Under the pieces are notes generated by a model. That model ran no database searches. It had not been told where the DNA came from and saw only the letters and a list, made by a program, of their open reading frames with translations. The translations under genes and the position numbers were made by a program. A stretch of DNA of 63,990 nucleotides, the filler included, from Folioceros fuciformis (taxonomy: Eukaryota), in assembly GCA_049999805.1 (NCBI GenBank). It is 13 parts of 13 records of this genome, joined end to end, with 100 filler letters (N's around TTAATTAATTAA, not from the genome) between each part and the next. Parts side by side here need not be neighbours in the genome. Positions count along the whole stretch, not along the records: positions 49,328 to 62,867 come from JBNGIO010004956.1; 12 more parts are not named here. One strand, given 5' to 3'. Shown piece by piece: positions 49,328-61,639 of this stretch (within the stretch, counting starts at the first letter, position 1; each line of letters starts with the position of its first letter).

Positions 49328-50834
49328 AGTCACTGAACTCAGGTAGAGGCTCTGCATATAGCTGACCTGCCTGCGTCTCCTTCATACGCTTCAGATTGGG
49401 GTGTCCCAAGCGTAGATGCCATAGCTTTGTCACTTCTGATTTATTTGAAGTCTGAGCCAAGAGGGTTGATCCAAGGGTAGCAGTCGCTTCAAGAGTGTAG
49501 AGCCGATCCTCCTTCTCTCCGTGGCAAATCACCGCAAGGGGATTTTCATACAAGGAAATCTCACACTTCTGGGCCTTGAAGTGTACCTCATGTTTCTTGT
49601 CGTCTGTCAGGCTGCTCACTGAGACAAGGTTCTTTGCTACCTTAGGTACGTGAAGCGCGTCTGTCAGGGTTATAGTGCCACCAGTCTTGCACGTTAGGGT
49701 AACCGTGCCAGTGCCACAAACATTTGCAGTCCGGTTGTCTGCAACATAAATCAGCCCTCCCTCCTGCAGTGGTTTGTAGGTGGAGAAGCAGTTGCGTTCC
49801 TTACAGATGTGAGCGGAAGCTCCGCTGTCTAAGTACCATGAGGAGCAACTGTCACTGCCGGGTGTGAGAGCAGTGATGAGGATTGTTGGCACTCGCTGCA
49901 CAACATTTGCACTTTGGGGACCAGGCTTTCTTGGTTCGCCCGCTTGTTTACTTCGGCACTCTCGCTCATAGTGCCCTAGTTTTCTGCACCAGTTGCAGCT
50001 CCCTTTTCGACGGGGATTGGCAGGGCCTGAAGAAGACGAACTCTCTCCTCCCTTCCTGCTTAGCCAGTTTCTATTTCTTGGTTGTCTTTGCCCGTTTGGC
50101 CCTGAGATGAACAAGGCATGTCCTGGGGCAGCGCTTCTTGAGGATCCCCTGGCAGAGTCTTCCTCTATGACAGCCGCTATGACCTCTGAGAGGGTCATCT
50201 CGTCTCCAAGTTTTAATTTCTTTGCGAGTTGTGATTGTTTGATAAGGCCGTTTTGTGTGGCTGTGAAGGTACGCCAGCTTTGTGGTAGTGTCATGAGGAG
50301 GGCTATGGCCGCCTCAGGCTCTGAGAGAGTTGTACCACAAGAGGCCAGTCTTGCTCTTAGGGTTCGGAAAGTGCTCAGATGTGAGTGGATGCTCTCCCCG
50401 TCCTTATATTTAAGGAGGTGAAAGTTCCTTGTCGTTGTGGCAACGTGCTGTGGATCAGTTGCTTCATACATCTGGCGAAAGCGCTCCCAGATGTTGTGGG
50501 ACGTAGGTGCACCAAAGGTATGATGCACCATGTCCTTATCCAGTCCGGCAATTAAGAGGTTTCTGGCTTTCCTGTCTGATTTGTTCCAGTGATCAAGGTC
50601 TGGACCTGCGGAATTAGGGCAAGGGAGCGATCCGTCGACTATTGTCCTCAAGTCGGCATCTTCCAAGTGCCCTCTCATTCTCGTAGACCACACATCGTAA
50701 TCGGTACCAGTGAATCTACCTTTGTCCTTGATTTCGATGCGGAAGCTGGTGAGGTATCCAGGGTTAGGTTGAGCGGCTCCTCCACTTGCTCCTATCACAG
50801 TCCCTCCACCGGCTCCTTCGCCAGCTCCTGACAT
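49328..50834 (-). CDS. Copia Gag-protease-GAG-pre-integrase, uninterrupted ~500 aa (cut by spacer)
   Basis: FTGTDYDVW, LPQSW, CNWCRKLGHYEREC, WYLDSGASAH, LWHLRLGH. Confidence 0.95.
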
Positions 50835-50988
50835 GATGTCAGAATTTGTTGTAAGTCTCAGGCTTCACCGTGCTGTTGGTTGCGCGTATTCCCCTGTTCT
50901 GAGCCATGGCTTGTAACCACCAGAAACTTCAAGCACACCAGTGTCACACGGTAGGCCTTTCATCACGGTAGGCTTTTCATCACGGCAT

Positions 50989-51053
50989 GGCCCTGATACC
51001 ATATTTAAATTGAAGATGGATATGTGCTTTCATTGAGTGTCGGGATAATTACA
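50989..51053 (-). mobile_element. Met-tRNA PBS (50989-51001) and apparent 52-bp 5' LTR (51002-51053)
   Basis: Minus strand TGTAATT...AAATA then TGGTATCAGGGCC. The AT-rich stretch ends abruptly at a GC-rich ORF. Confidence 0.6.
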
Positions 51054-51333
51054 ATGTTGAGCGTTCGTGTGTGTCCTTAATCTGTGCAGGGGGCCACGTG
51101 AAGAGGTATGTCTGTTGGTTGATGCCTCTTGGATGAAGAGCTGCTGGTGACGGGTCTTGGACTGTCACTCCATTAGCTGCAAGGCCTCCGACGGAATACT
51201 GTACCCCTGGGTCCTGTCCACGCACAGGTACCGGAGCGGCAGCCAACATGAGAGCGAGAGACGCGAGCGCGACACAGCTCCAGCTCCAGCCCCACCTCCG
51301 CCTCCAGGTTGAGCCGAATCTAGAACACTCCAT
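51049..51333 (-). CDS. N-terminus of a putative secreted protein, interrupted by copia insertion
   Basis: Basic N-region, hydrophobic VALASLALMLAAA, VRG|QD cleavage-like site. The stop codon is supplied by the LTR's TGTAA. Confidence 0.5.
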   Translation of the reverse strand: MECSRFGSTWRRRWGWSWSCVALASLALMLAAAPVPVRGQDPGVQYSVGGLAANGVTVQDPSPAALHPRGINQQTYLFTWPPAQIKDTHERSTL

Positions 51334-52562
51334 CGCGGCAGATTACGAGACAGCCTCCTCCGACGGAACTGCATTCCGGATTTCAGGTGGACGCTTTATT
51401 TCAATGCGGAGGTCCGAGTTGTCCTGAGCTGGGCGGACTACCTCATGCATTCGTTTTCGGGAACCCCGAGTCCTCTCGGGACACCACACACTGTATCAGA
51501 AGAAAGCAAGTCACCACACGTACCATAGGAGGGTGATTCATTAAATAAGTCAACGCGGCAGGACTCGCCACGCATTGGCCTAAGTCTGGGCCTGCAGGTC
51601 AATCTACAAGAAAGAGTTAGGGTTAGGGGGGCACCAGGAAGAAAGTGGAAGCAGCGGAGGCCAGGGGCTCATTGCTAAACCGCCGGACAAAGTTACGAGG
51701 CACGGCTTTCCAAGCACGTAGGCCCCACCACATGCCATCCACCTTGCCCGTGCTCTATGCATACCATGAGGCCACCCGTCCTGCCCAGGCGTGCTCTTCA
51801 CCATCGCGCACGCCGGTGCGACACCACCGGCTACCTCCCGTGTATCTCCCCAGCTTATACATACGAGGACGTATCACTACTCGGGATACATTTGAATGTA
51901 GAAATCAAATTACTTGTATGTTCCAGCGGCGACGCGAAGTTTTCGTGTTCTCTCCAGTCGGAAGGCCAAGAAGCAACATCGCGAAGCCATTGTGCTCGCT
52001 TAGGTCGAGAGGCCAAGAGGCAACGCCACTAAGCCTCCATACTCGTTCCCGTCGGGATGCCACAAGACATCACATGCAACATGCCGAGAACGAGAGGAAC
52101 GATAGGAATTGGGAACTTGAGGTGTATTGTTTTTCTGGATTCCAGCACATTTTCTCCTCACCGCAAGTGCAGATATCAGTCCATGGTCCAATGGATACAC
52201 TTGCAAACCTAATCCATGCACAAGATCTCGGGGTTGTCCATCATCACGTTGTGATCACTGGCCTTGTGTGACAAGTAGGGGGCGCGCCTACGAAGCAAGG
52301 AATGCTTGCATAGCATACCGTGTGTTGCATACATACCATGTCTCGTGAACTCAAGCAGTTGACAGTTATAATCGCTAGGGCTCCTAACCTATTGACCTGA
52401 AACTAACCAAAAGGTTAGTGAGTAGTTTAATTTTATAGTCATTTATAAGATTCTAACGCAAACCTAAAACAACGAAACGCAGCCTAAAATATCCTAGACC
52501 TAAAGCTCAAGAAAATTCGTCTTCAGCTTCGTTTTCAATCTTCAGTCGTCATGTGGATCCAG

Positions 52563-55464
52563 CTAGCTGCCTCCCAAGGTCGATGCTCTACTCCAATGGA
52601 TGCTGCGGCCAAACGCCCACAGCCTCATCCTGCTAGAGTGTTCATAGTGCTTAACCTTGCCAAGTGCTTTTGTAAGAACGTCGGCTGTCATGCGCTCCGT
52701 TGGGCAATAGAGTACCTGGATAAGGCCTTGTGCTGAAACTTCGCACACGTAGTGGTGCTGAACCTCTATGTGCTTGGTTCTAGCATGGAACCTTGGGTTC
52801 ATTGTGAATGCAATCGCACTCTGGTTTTTTTTTCGCGAAGAAAAGAATTCTGATTAATATTGTCTTCCTCTTACAATACTAGGGGGACCCTGCTTACGTA
52901 TTTACAAAGCATGAGTACCATGATTAGGAGAAAAAACCGACCTCGTATCCAAACCTCAGGACAAGACGCAGAAAATGCTCATCATCGTGACACTAGTAGA
53001 CTGCTAAGACCATTCACCTACTAAGTCCATTTAGATTTAAACCTCAAATTCACCCGAAGACCATGGGAGCTCACCTTCCCCAAGGGAAGGCGTGATTCCA
53101 ATGTTCTTCATTCCCAGGAACTAGGAAACCTGCCGACTTCCACTTTCTCCACTTGAACTCTTTCCGAATCGTGCTCTGGTTGTCACAGTACAAGATAACA
53201 GGCAGCTATTGAGGGAATCCGAGCAACCCTAAGGCTCCCACTGTCCAAGCTATCTCTTTGCACGCTTCAGTTAAGCTCTTAAATTCTACTTCGGTGCTTG
53301 ACATTGCTATGGTGGTTTGCAGTTTGCTACTCCAGCCTATGGTTGCTCCAGCCAGCATAGTGACATAGCAGAACAAACTCTTCCTGCTAGTCGAGTCACC
53401 AGCCCAGTCTGCATCACTATACGGCACCAAAGTAAGTGCTTTGTCGGCTTTCGCACTATACAGCAATCCCCAATCCTATGTGGCTCCAATGTTGCGATAC
53501 ACTCTCTTCATGAGATCGTTGTGTGAGGAGATAAGATTCGATACGAACCTGGATGCAAGCCCAGAGCCGAAGCTGGGGTCTAGACGTGTTCCAATAGCCA
53601 GATGCATGAGACTGCCGTTCCTTGACAGATAATCAGCAATTGCTTCATATTCTTGTTCAGGAAAGTCTCCAACTTGAGCTGTATACTTAGAATTTTGCTC
53701 AACAGGAGTGTCAACTGGTTTGTTGTGTTGCATATCATATCTTTCTAATATTTGACGTGCATACTTGGCTTGGTGCAAGAATATTGTTCCTGCCTTCCTA
53801 TCCCAGACCAATTGCATTCCAAGACAGTACTGTAGAGCTCTATCATCTGTCATATGGAATTCATTGCTCAGCTGACCTTTCAAGGTATGGATCATCCTTA
53901 AACAATTACTCATGACAATTATGTCATCAACATATACAGCAGCAGCAATAAAATTCGTGCCTTCCCGCTTAATGTAGACATTGCTGTCAGCATGAATGCT
54001 AACATATGCAAGTGCTTTCAAATAAGCATCAATCCGAGCATACCAGGCCCTCGGACTCTGTTTTAGGCCGTACAGAGTCTTCTTCAGATGATAGACTAGC
54101 CGAGATATGCCTGGGGGTATGGCCACTCCTTCAGGCACTTCCATATAGATGTCGTCATGCAATTGGCCATACAGAAATGCTGTTTTTACGTCAAGCTGTT
54201 CAAGTTTGAAGTCATGCACAGCTGCCAGGGCCACAAATAGGCGCAACGTGGTAAGCCTCACAATAGGGCTAAAAGTGTCGTCATAGTCGACACCTGGAAT
54301 CTGTGAGTATCCTTTTGCCACCACATTGCCTTTATACCTGGCCACACTACCATCTGCCTTAAGCTTGATTTTAAACACGCACTTGCTGCCCACAGGCTTC
54401 CTTCCTCCAGGCAAGCTGGTAACTATCCAGGTATCATTTTCAGCTAAAGAGGCAAGCTCCAAATCGATGGCAGCTTGCCAAAGAGCAGCATCTGGACAAT
54501 GAACAGCTTCCTCATACGACTGTGGCTCATAAAGTTGAGAATACGCTGCAAGGCAGTAGGTAAGATGTGATTTAGGGCGCCGGATGTCTTCGGGAGAATA
54601 TGTGTTAGGTGGCCTTCTAGTCTGAGTAGACTGCCTCGTGGGTAAATGTGTGTGTGGAGCCCGGCTCCTGGACGGTGCAGGTATAGGGGTTGCAGCATCT
54701 TCTAAAACGTCTTCCAGATTAGGTGAAACATTGTGAGAAGGAGTGTTGAGGAGGCCTCTGTTGCTAGCAGCTCGTCCAGGTGTGCGCAAGGGAGTATTGA
54801 CCTGAGGAGACGGGACAGCAACAGGAGCGGCAGGAAACAGAACCGATAGCACGCCAACCAGGAAGTCCTCACGTTCTTCTTTAGAAGACTCATCAGAACC
54901 AGAGATTTTAGAGACCGGAGCTCCCATTGACTGAGTGGACTCAACTCCTTCAATAAAGACAACATCACGTGAGTGAGTGACTTGTCTTGTTTTCCTGTTT
55001 AGCAACTTATAGCCTTTGATTCCCTCCGTAAATCCAATAAAAATAAATGGTGAGGATTTGGGATCAAACTTCTTGCACAGGTCCTTGTGCACCTGTGCAT
55101 ACACCGTGGAGCCAAAGACTCGAAGATGAGACAGATTAGGCTTCCTCCCAGTCCACAACTCATAAGGGGTCTTCCCTTTTATAGATCGATGAGGTATTCG
55201 ATTCTAGATATAAGTAGCATATGCGACAGCTTTAGCCCAATAGCACTTGGGCAGCCCCGCATATTGTTGCATACTGGAACTGTATGTCTCCAATGCCTGA
55301 TTCTTATTTCCTGAAACACCATTTTGCTGAGGAGTACGTGCATTGGTAAGCTGATGACCAATGCCATGAGTTTTGCAAAAGGAGACAAACTCACTAGATA
55401 AATACTCTCCGCCATTGTCAGTACGGAGTTGCTTCAACTCATGGCCTATCTGCCGCTCAACCCA
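52563..55464 (-). mobile_element. Ty1/copia pol (IN, RT, RNase H), decayed, with nested insertion
   Basis: LRTDNGGEY, PQQNGVS, YWAKA, QLDVKTAFLYG, YGLKQSPRAW, VYVDD, YSDADWAGD, ADVLTK. Confidence 0.95.
52827..53166 (-). mobile_element. 5'-truncated non-LTR retrotransposon (LINE/SINE) 3' end with poly(A) and 15-bp TSD
   Basis: T9 at 52825-52833. Flanks AATCGCACTCTGGTT (52812-52826) and AATCGTGCTCTGGTT (53167-53181). Splits the host YCDNQSAIA motif. Confidence 0.88.
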
Positions 55465-57897
55465 TGGGTAGAGGAAAAAAACTTTAGACACTCCCATTTT
55501 GAGTGACAGAATGAGCAGGCTGCGATTTTTTGTGTAAAGGAACGAGCGAATCGACTTAGTATGTGAATAAGATGGGGGTATTCATACCCAAAAATGGCCT
55601 TGGTCTTTGGGTGTTTGGGATACCGAAGACCACGATCTGGAAGTGAGTGAGTGAGGGTGTCCTTGGGCCTTGGTGGTTCGGGGGCATTTAGGAGGTTGTA
55701 TATACCCCCCCCTTTTTTGCAAATAAGGAATAGAAATGAGTAGGGAAGGGGGCTAGCTAGTTGTGGATTTAGGAAAAAGGATGGGTTGAGGTGATTGGGC
55801 GACGGTGGCCAATGGGGCAACCGTCGCGAAAAGAATGACTGGTGGTAGTCTAACTGGCAGTAGTGAGAGAAGAAAACGACCAGTATAAAAACCCTAAAGG
55901 GAAGTCTGGAGGGGAACTAAGTTAGTCTTCGAAACGTGAAGGGCAGTAACCCGGGAGCGTAAAGGCGGCTGGAAAGGAAGCAGACGCTGAGGCAATAGGA
56001 CGGGCCGAGGCAAGCAGCGAGTGCTCAGCGAGAGAGGAGGGACCGCAGAAGCCGGAGCACGAGGAGAAGGTTGGCAGGATGAGGTCGCGCCCTGAACTAC
56101 TGCCTGGAGTGACAGTACCCGAGCAAGAGGGGGAACCTCTTGTTCCCTAGATTGACTTGCTCCTGTGGCCCAACATGGAGCACTGGAGGGTCAGAGCAGG
56201 AGGGCTGGTGGATGAATTGGGTCTGAGTTTCATGATCCAGAAGTGGAACCATGCAGCGCCACAGTTGGTCAGGGAGTGCACCTTGAGGTTGAGGAAACCT
56301 GTCCGTGAGGAGGGGATCAGAGGCAGATCGCAGGGGTGGAACCTGGAGCTGGTAAGGAGGGTGTATGGCTGTGACCAGTGAGAAGCGCGAGGACTGGTGC
56401 TGGAGTCCCTGAGGAAACGGGGAGGCACAGGAGACGCTGAAGGACTGCTCAAACCAGGCACGAAGAAGGAGGCTAACGGATGGTTGGTTCGCGACATGGC
56501 GAGCCCGCAGCTGATAGGTCTGGCCAGGTGGTTTCTTAGTTTTCTCCAGGTTCGCAAACAGGATTCTATGTCTGACCAAATGCTCCTGTTTGTGCATGAG
56601 GTAGTGAAGGGGACCAGGATTGATTGGGGAAAAATTCTGTATGCCAAGATGGACGAGGAGAGGCAGAATCTGACCCTGCCCTCTCCTCAGCCCTCGATGA
56701 TTTCCCCGTTTCTAGTGCATATTTATAGTTATGCTAACCTTGTGTCGGAACTGGAGGTGTTGGCCTCACTGCACATGTGGAGGCCAATCAGGGATGTAAA
56801 ATGGAAGCCTGCTGAGCCAGTGAAGGCTGGCTCCAACTGTTGGGTGTTGGGGAGTGGGGAGAGCTCGGAGGGGGAGGTTCCCGTCAGGCCTAAGAAGAGG
56901 ACAGCAGCTCAGAGGAAGACCCTTGCCAAGAGGAGATGGATCAGAGGGCAGAGCACGAGAGGAGGAAGTAGGCCGGAGACACCGGAGACAGCCCTGGAGC
57001 GAACCGAAGGTCAGACAAAGGAGCGGGCTGTACAGGAACAGGAGCTTGCTGACAAGGGAGTCACGGATCAAGGACTGGAGGAGCAGGGGCAGGATGAAGC
57101 AAGGCTGGAGGAGCCTCAGGAGCAAACGTTAGCCGCTGAGTTAATTCCTCCCAGCATGAGAGCGAATTAGGGCACGTTTTGGCACAAGGAGCTTTTTTCA
57201 GGATGGGAGGAAATCTTCAGGAGCATTCCTCAGAAGGACATGCTGCAGGTGGGAGACCTGGAGAAGCCGAGGGAGTTTCTCGGCAAGCAAATTACAGCGA
57301 GAGGAATGACTATTGGAGAAACGCGGGAGGTGGATCTGCTAGGGCTGACTGCCGGAATACCGGTAGCCGAGTACTCCCCAGGGCTACCAGTAGCCCGGCT
57401 GAGCCCTGAGTAGCCGAAGGACCAGCCCTGGGAACCAAGGAAGAAACAGCGAAGGCACCAGAGCTTAGGCGCTCCAAGAGATTGATCCCCACCAGAAGGA
57501 CAGAGCCGGAGGAGGCAACAGCTGGACGGGTGAAGGACCTTCAGGTACCCCGAAAAGATGGGGAGCAAACAGCCCGTGGTAGCCCAAGGGAGGAAGGGGT
57601 AAGCACCTCCTTTATGACAAAAGGAGGGACGCGGGGCTACGGCCTGCAACTGAGGACCCGCAAGGGACTCTACCGCTATAGCTGGTGGATGACAGGCCTG
57701 CCCCATTGCCATGCGGAGGCAGTCCTGGAGGAGCTGACAGAAGAAGAGGCCCAACGATGGGTAGAGCGGGAGCCTGTTGCCATCCTCAGTAACCAGAGGA
57801 GGAGAGGGGATAGTGGTTCTCAGCAGCGGGGCCAGCAACAGTAGGGACGTAGAGATCCTGTGGGAAGATCTGCCTGATCAGCAGAGGGGTAGGAGAG
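55465..57897. mobile_element. Antisense-ORF LTR family copy C (LTR on minus strand, ORF on plus), inserted in copia integrase
   Basis: Begins TGGGTAGAGGAAAAAAACTTT, the reverse complement of the copy B LTR end. Collinear with copies B and A. Confidence 0.8.
56079..57170 (+). pseudogene. LTR-antisense ORF (363 codons, two in-frame stops), plant-transposon-protein-like domain plus charged tail
   Basis: MRSRPELLPG..WNHAAPQLVRE..NGWLVRD..IDWGKILY..MISPFLVHIY. ORFs 56157-56381 and 56397-57170 are in the same frame. Confidence 0.8.
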
Positions 57898-57979
57898 CAC
57901 CCACTTCTATTACTCCTACAGTGGCACCTGCTTATTTGTTTGCTGCTCACTCTCCCATTTTGTTACCAGGCCCCCTCTC

Positions 57980-60900
57980 TAATTGGTGGTTCCTTAACAG
58001 TGGCTGCATTGACACATGACTCCTCGGAGAGACTGGTTTCTCACATATGCTCCTTTACAACAGAAGAAACCTGCTCATCTTGGTGACAATTCCACCCTTA
58101 TTGCCACGGGAACAATACAAATTCAGATACAGGGCATTACTGCCTATGTAAAAGATGTACTACATGTGCCTAGTCTTTCTCAAAATCTGCTATCTACACA
58201 TTAAGCTACAATGAAGGTTAGCAACTTCATTACCTTTTCACATCGAGGCTGTTACGTCATGCTGACTGCAAGCACTGGTCAGAGCTTACAACTTATGTGT
58301 CATCCTGTGAGATGCCTCTATCCCATAGCTCGAGGCTTAGTTCCTTCGACTGACAGTAACTTGGATCTAGTTTCTGCCAAATCAAGTCATTCCTCATTCA
58401 GTCTCGTCACTGCAAACAAGCTTAGTCATCAAACTCCGTTGGGGCATTTGAGGTTATCTCATCTTCATATCTAGGGCTTATATCGAATGCAGAAGCAAAA
58501 GATGGTTGTCGGCTTACCCCCTTTGTCAGACTTGCCTTTGTGCCCCGGTTGCCTTGTTGGGAAACAACATAGCCAACCCTATCCCAAGTCCACTTCACAC
58601 ACTACTCATTTATTTGAGGTTGTGCATGCTGACTTATGTGGACCTATGCAGACCCCTTCTCTTGCAGGCAGACTGTACATGTTTGTTATTCTAGATGATT
58701 TTAGCCACTATACCACCCTCTACTTTCTCACTCATAAGTCAAAGGCTTTCCTTAGCTTTAAAATTTTTCAGGCTTTAGCTGAGAATCACACTGGTCACAA
58801 GATCAAGACTTTTTGGTCTGATAATGCTAACTTCCCAAGCTTTTGAAGCTCACCTGCTTGCTTGTGGCATTCAACATCAAAAGATAGTGCCTTACGCCCA
58901 TCAACAACTTGGCAAGGCCGAGCGGCGTAACAGGTCACTTCTTGATGTTGTGCGGAGCTCTTTGGCTACAGCCCATCTCCCAAATTCTTTCTGGGCTGAA
59001 GCTGCTGCTACGGTTTGTTATGTGCAAAATCGTTGCAGCACTTCCACTGTTCCTGGCAAGACTCCATATGAAGTCTAGACAAGATGCAAGCCGAATATTA
59101 GTCATCTTCGTGTTTTTGGTTGTGATGCGAATGCCCATGTTCCATCAGAATTTCGGAAGAAATTGGATTCGCACTCCACCAAACTGAACTTTATTGGTTA
59201 TGGTGACTTTGATGGTGTCAAAGGCTATTGTCTATTAGACAAAGGCACCTGGCGCATCACTCTTGCTCGGAATGTCATATTTGATGAGCTGTCTTTGTTG
59301 TCCACCTCTCCCTCTCCGACTCTACTCGATGCTCTCCCGCGGCAAGACGGCCCTGAGTCCACTGTGACCTCCTTTGAAGATGGTGCTATTCCTGTTGTTC
59401 CTGCTGCACCTCCTTCAGCTCCGCCTCCCGCCCCTCCGCCTGGTGGTGTCTATGCTCCTGCCACTCCAGTTTGCTCCGTGCCCTCCACAACTGAGGATGA
59501 TTTTGGCCTTGGGCCTGGGATTTCCAGTCTGGACCCTTCCTTGCCTGAGGGGGTGCAGGTTTTGGGTGGTGTGGTCTTGCCTCTGGCGCTGATGCTGGCC
59601 CTTGCAGGTTCTATCACACTCGGCTCCCGGCTCCTGGTGATGTGTTTCCCACGCCTGGTTTTCCCACCGGTGTGTTGTCTTCTCCTCACCTCGCCTCGCG
59701 TCCAATCCCTGGCAGACCTGTGCCGCTATCAGGGGGCGAAGGAGCAGACACAAATTTAGCTGCACAAGCTCCTGCCGAATTGCTACTAACCCTTGCACTT
59801 GCGAATTCACCTGGTCCATGTTTAAGACGTTCATCAAGAGCAAATAAACGAATACCAGGTACACGTTATAATGACCTTGAGTTTTCCCGTGGACTAGTAG
59901 CAAGCTCCGTCTCCATTATCAGTGATCCTCGTGCCATTCGAGAAGCACTTAACAGTGACGAAGGCCCTGAGTGGCAAGCTGCTATGGATCGAGAGTTCAA
60001 CTCACTTATTGCTAATAATACTTGGACTCTCGTAGATCCTCCTCCTGGCAGAAGTATCATGTCAAGTAAATGGGTCTTAAAGAAGAAATATAATGCTGAT
60101 GGCAGTCTTTCAAAGTACAAAGCCAGACTTGTTGCGTGGGGGTTTACACAAAAGGAAGGCTTAGACTATCAAAAGGAAACCATCTTCAATCCAGTTGTGA
60201 AACTTACCTCGCTTAGAGTCATGCTTGCTCTATCTGCCATCCACAAGCTACACATACATCAAATGGATGTACAAACGACCTTCCCGAATGGCATTCTTCG
60301 AGAAGAAATCTATCTTCAACAACCTGAGGGCTATATTAAACTTGGTGAAGCCCACAAAGTATGTAAACTCCTCAAGACCTTATACGAATTAAAACAATCG
60401 CCACGTGGCTGGTATGAGAGGTTGCAAACCTTTCTCATTAGCAAGGGCTTCATCAAATCCTATGCAGATTCCAGTGTCTTCATAAGAAGACAAGGTAACG
60501 CTCTTGTTGGCGACCTTGTTCTTTGTTCCAATGATCTCGGTTTTCTCAACTTGACCAAAAGTGAACTCAGCAAGGAGTTTTTAATGATTGATAATGGTGT
60601 CATCAAGTATCTACTTGGCATCCAGGTTATCATTAACTCCAATAGTATCATTCTTCATCAAGAGAGGTACATTATTGATATGCTAGAAAAATATTAGATG
60701 TAGAACTGTAAGCCTATTGACGCCCTTGTGCAAACTAGCAAACAATTACGTTCCTCTATGTGCCCCAGCACTCCTACAAAGATAGAAGAAATGAAGGATA
60801 TACCCTATAAAGGGGTTGTAGGCAGTATACAACACTTGGTACAAAATACTAGGTTTGACGTTGCCTGTGCCTATAATCAGACTGCTCAGTTTCAAGCCTC

Positions 60901-61610
60901 CCCTGGGAAGCCACATTGGGTGGCTGCCAAGCGTATTCTACGATATCTTCAAAAGACCAAGACATTTGGCATCACTTACACTAGTGGTACAGGTGCACAA
61001 GACAAGCTTCTAGGATGGACAGACTCCGATTGGGCCAGTGATCCCAATTCCAGGAAATCCACATCTGGTTACGTTTTCACTCTTGCTGGTGGTGCTGTCA
61101 GTTGGAAGTCCAAGAAATAAGCCTGTGTTGCTCAAAGCTCTGCCGAGTCTGAGTATATTGCTGCGGCTACTACCGCTAAGGAAGCCATTTGGCTTGTTCA
61201 ACTTCTGGAAGATCTCGGTTATCCTCATGTTAGGCCTGTTGAAGTGCAGTGTGATAATCAGGCTACCTTATCTCTTTCTCGAGATTAGTGCTTCCACGAT
61301 CGTTCAAAGCACATCGAACTGTGCTATCATTATCTGTGTGAGAAAGTGGAATCCAACCAACTCCTTCTTACTTATGTCCCGACGTTGGAGCAAGCTGCAG
61401 ATATTCTTATGAAGCCTCTGTCCCATCTTATACTCGAGCGTTGCTGCCAGTTGTTAGGCCTGTCCTCAATCTCATGAGCGCGCTTATCCTTCCTACGGTT
61501 AAGGGGGTGTGTGAGTTAGAGTTAGTTCTAACCTAATTTTAATCCTAGTTAGGGTAATCAACAACTTCATTCATAATAATAGTTTTTGTGTGTGTTCTAT
61601 GTCATCATAC
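57980..61610 (+). mobile_element. Ty1/copia pol (PR, IN, RT, RNase H to 61477), PPT 61501-61507 and short 3' LTR; heavily decayed
   Basis: WWFLNSGC, HADLCGP, LDDFS, KAERRNR, FWAEA, YKARLVAWGF, QMDVQTTF, WTDSDWA, CDNQA. AAGGGGG then TG. Confidence 0.93.
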
Positions 61611-61639
61611 ATATGATGGAGGCGGCCGCACCGACGAGT

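Noticed and set aside
59560-59759. Hydrophobic env-like transmembrane segment in copia
   Set aside because: It arises from a frameshift in the Pro-rich IN-RT linker, and its position is not that of an env-like ORF.
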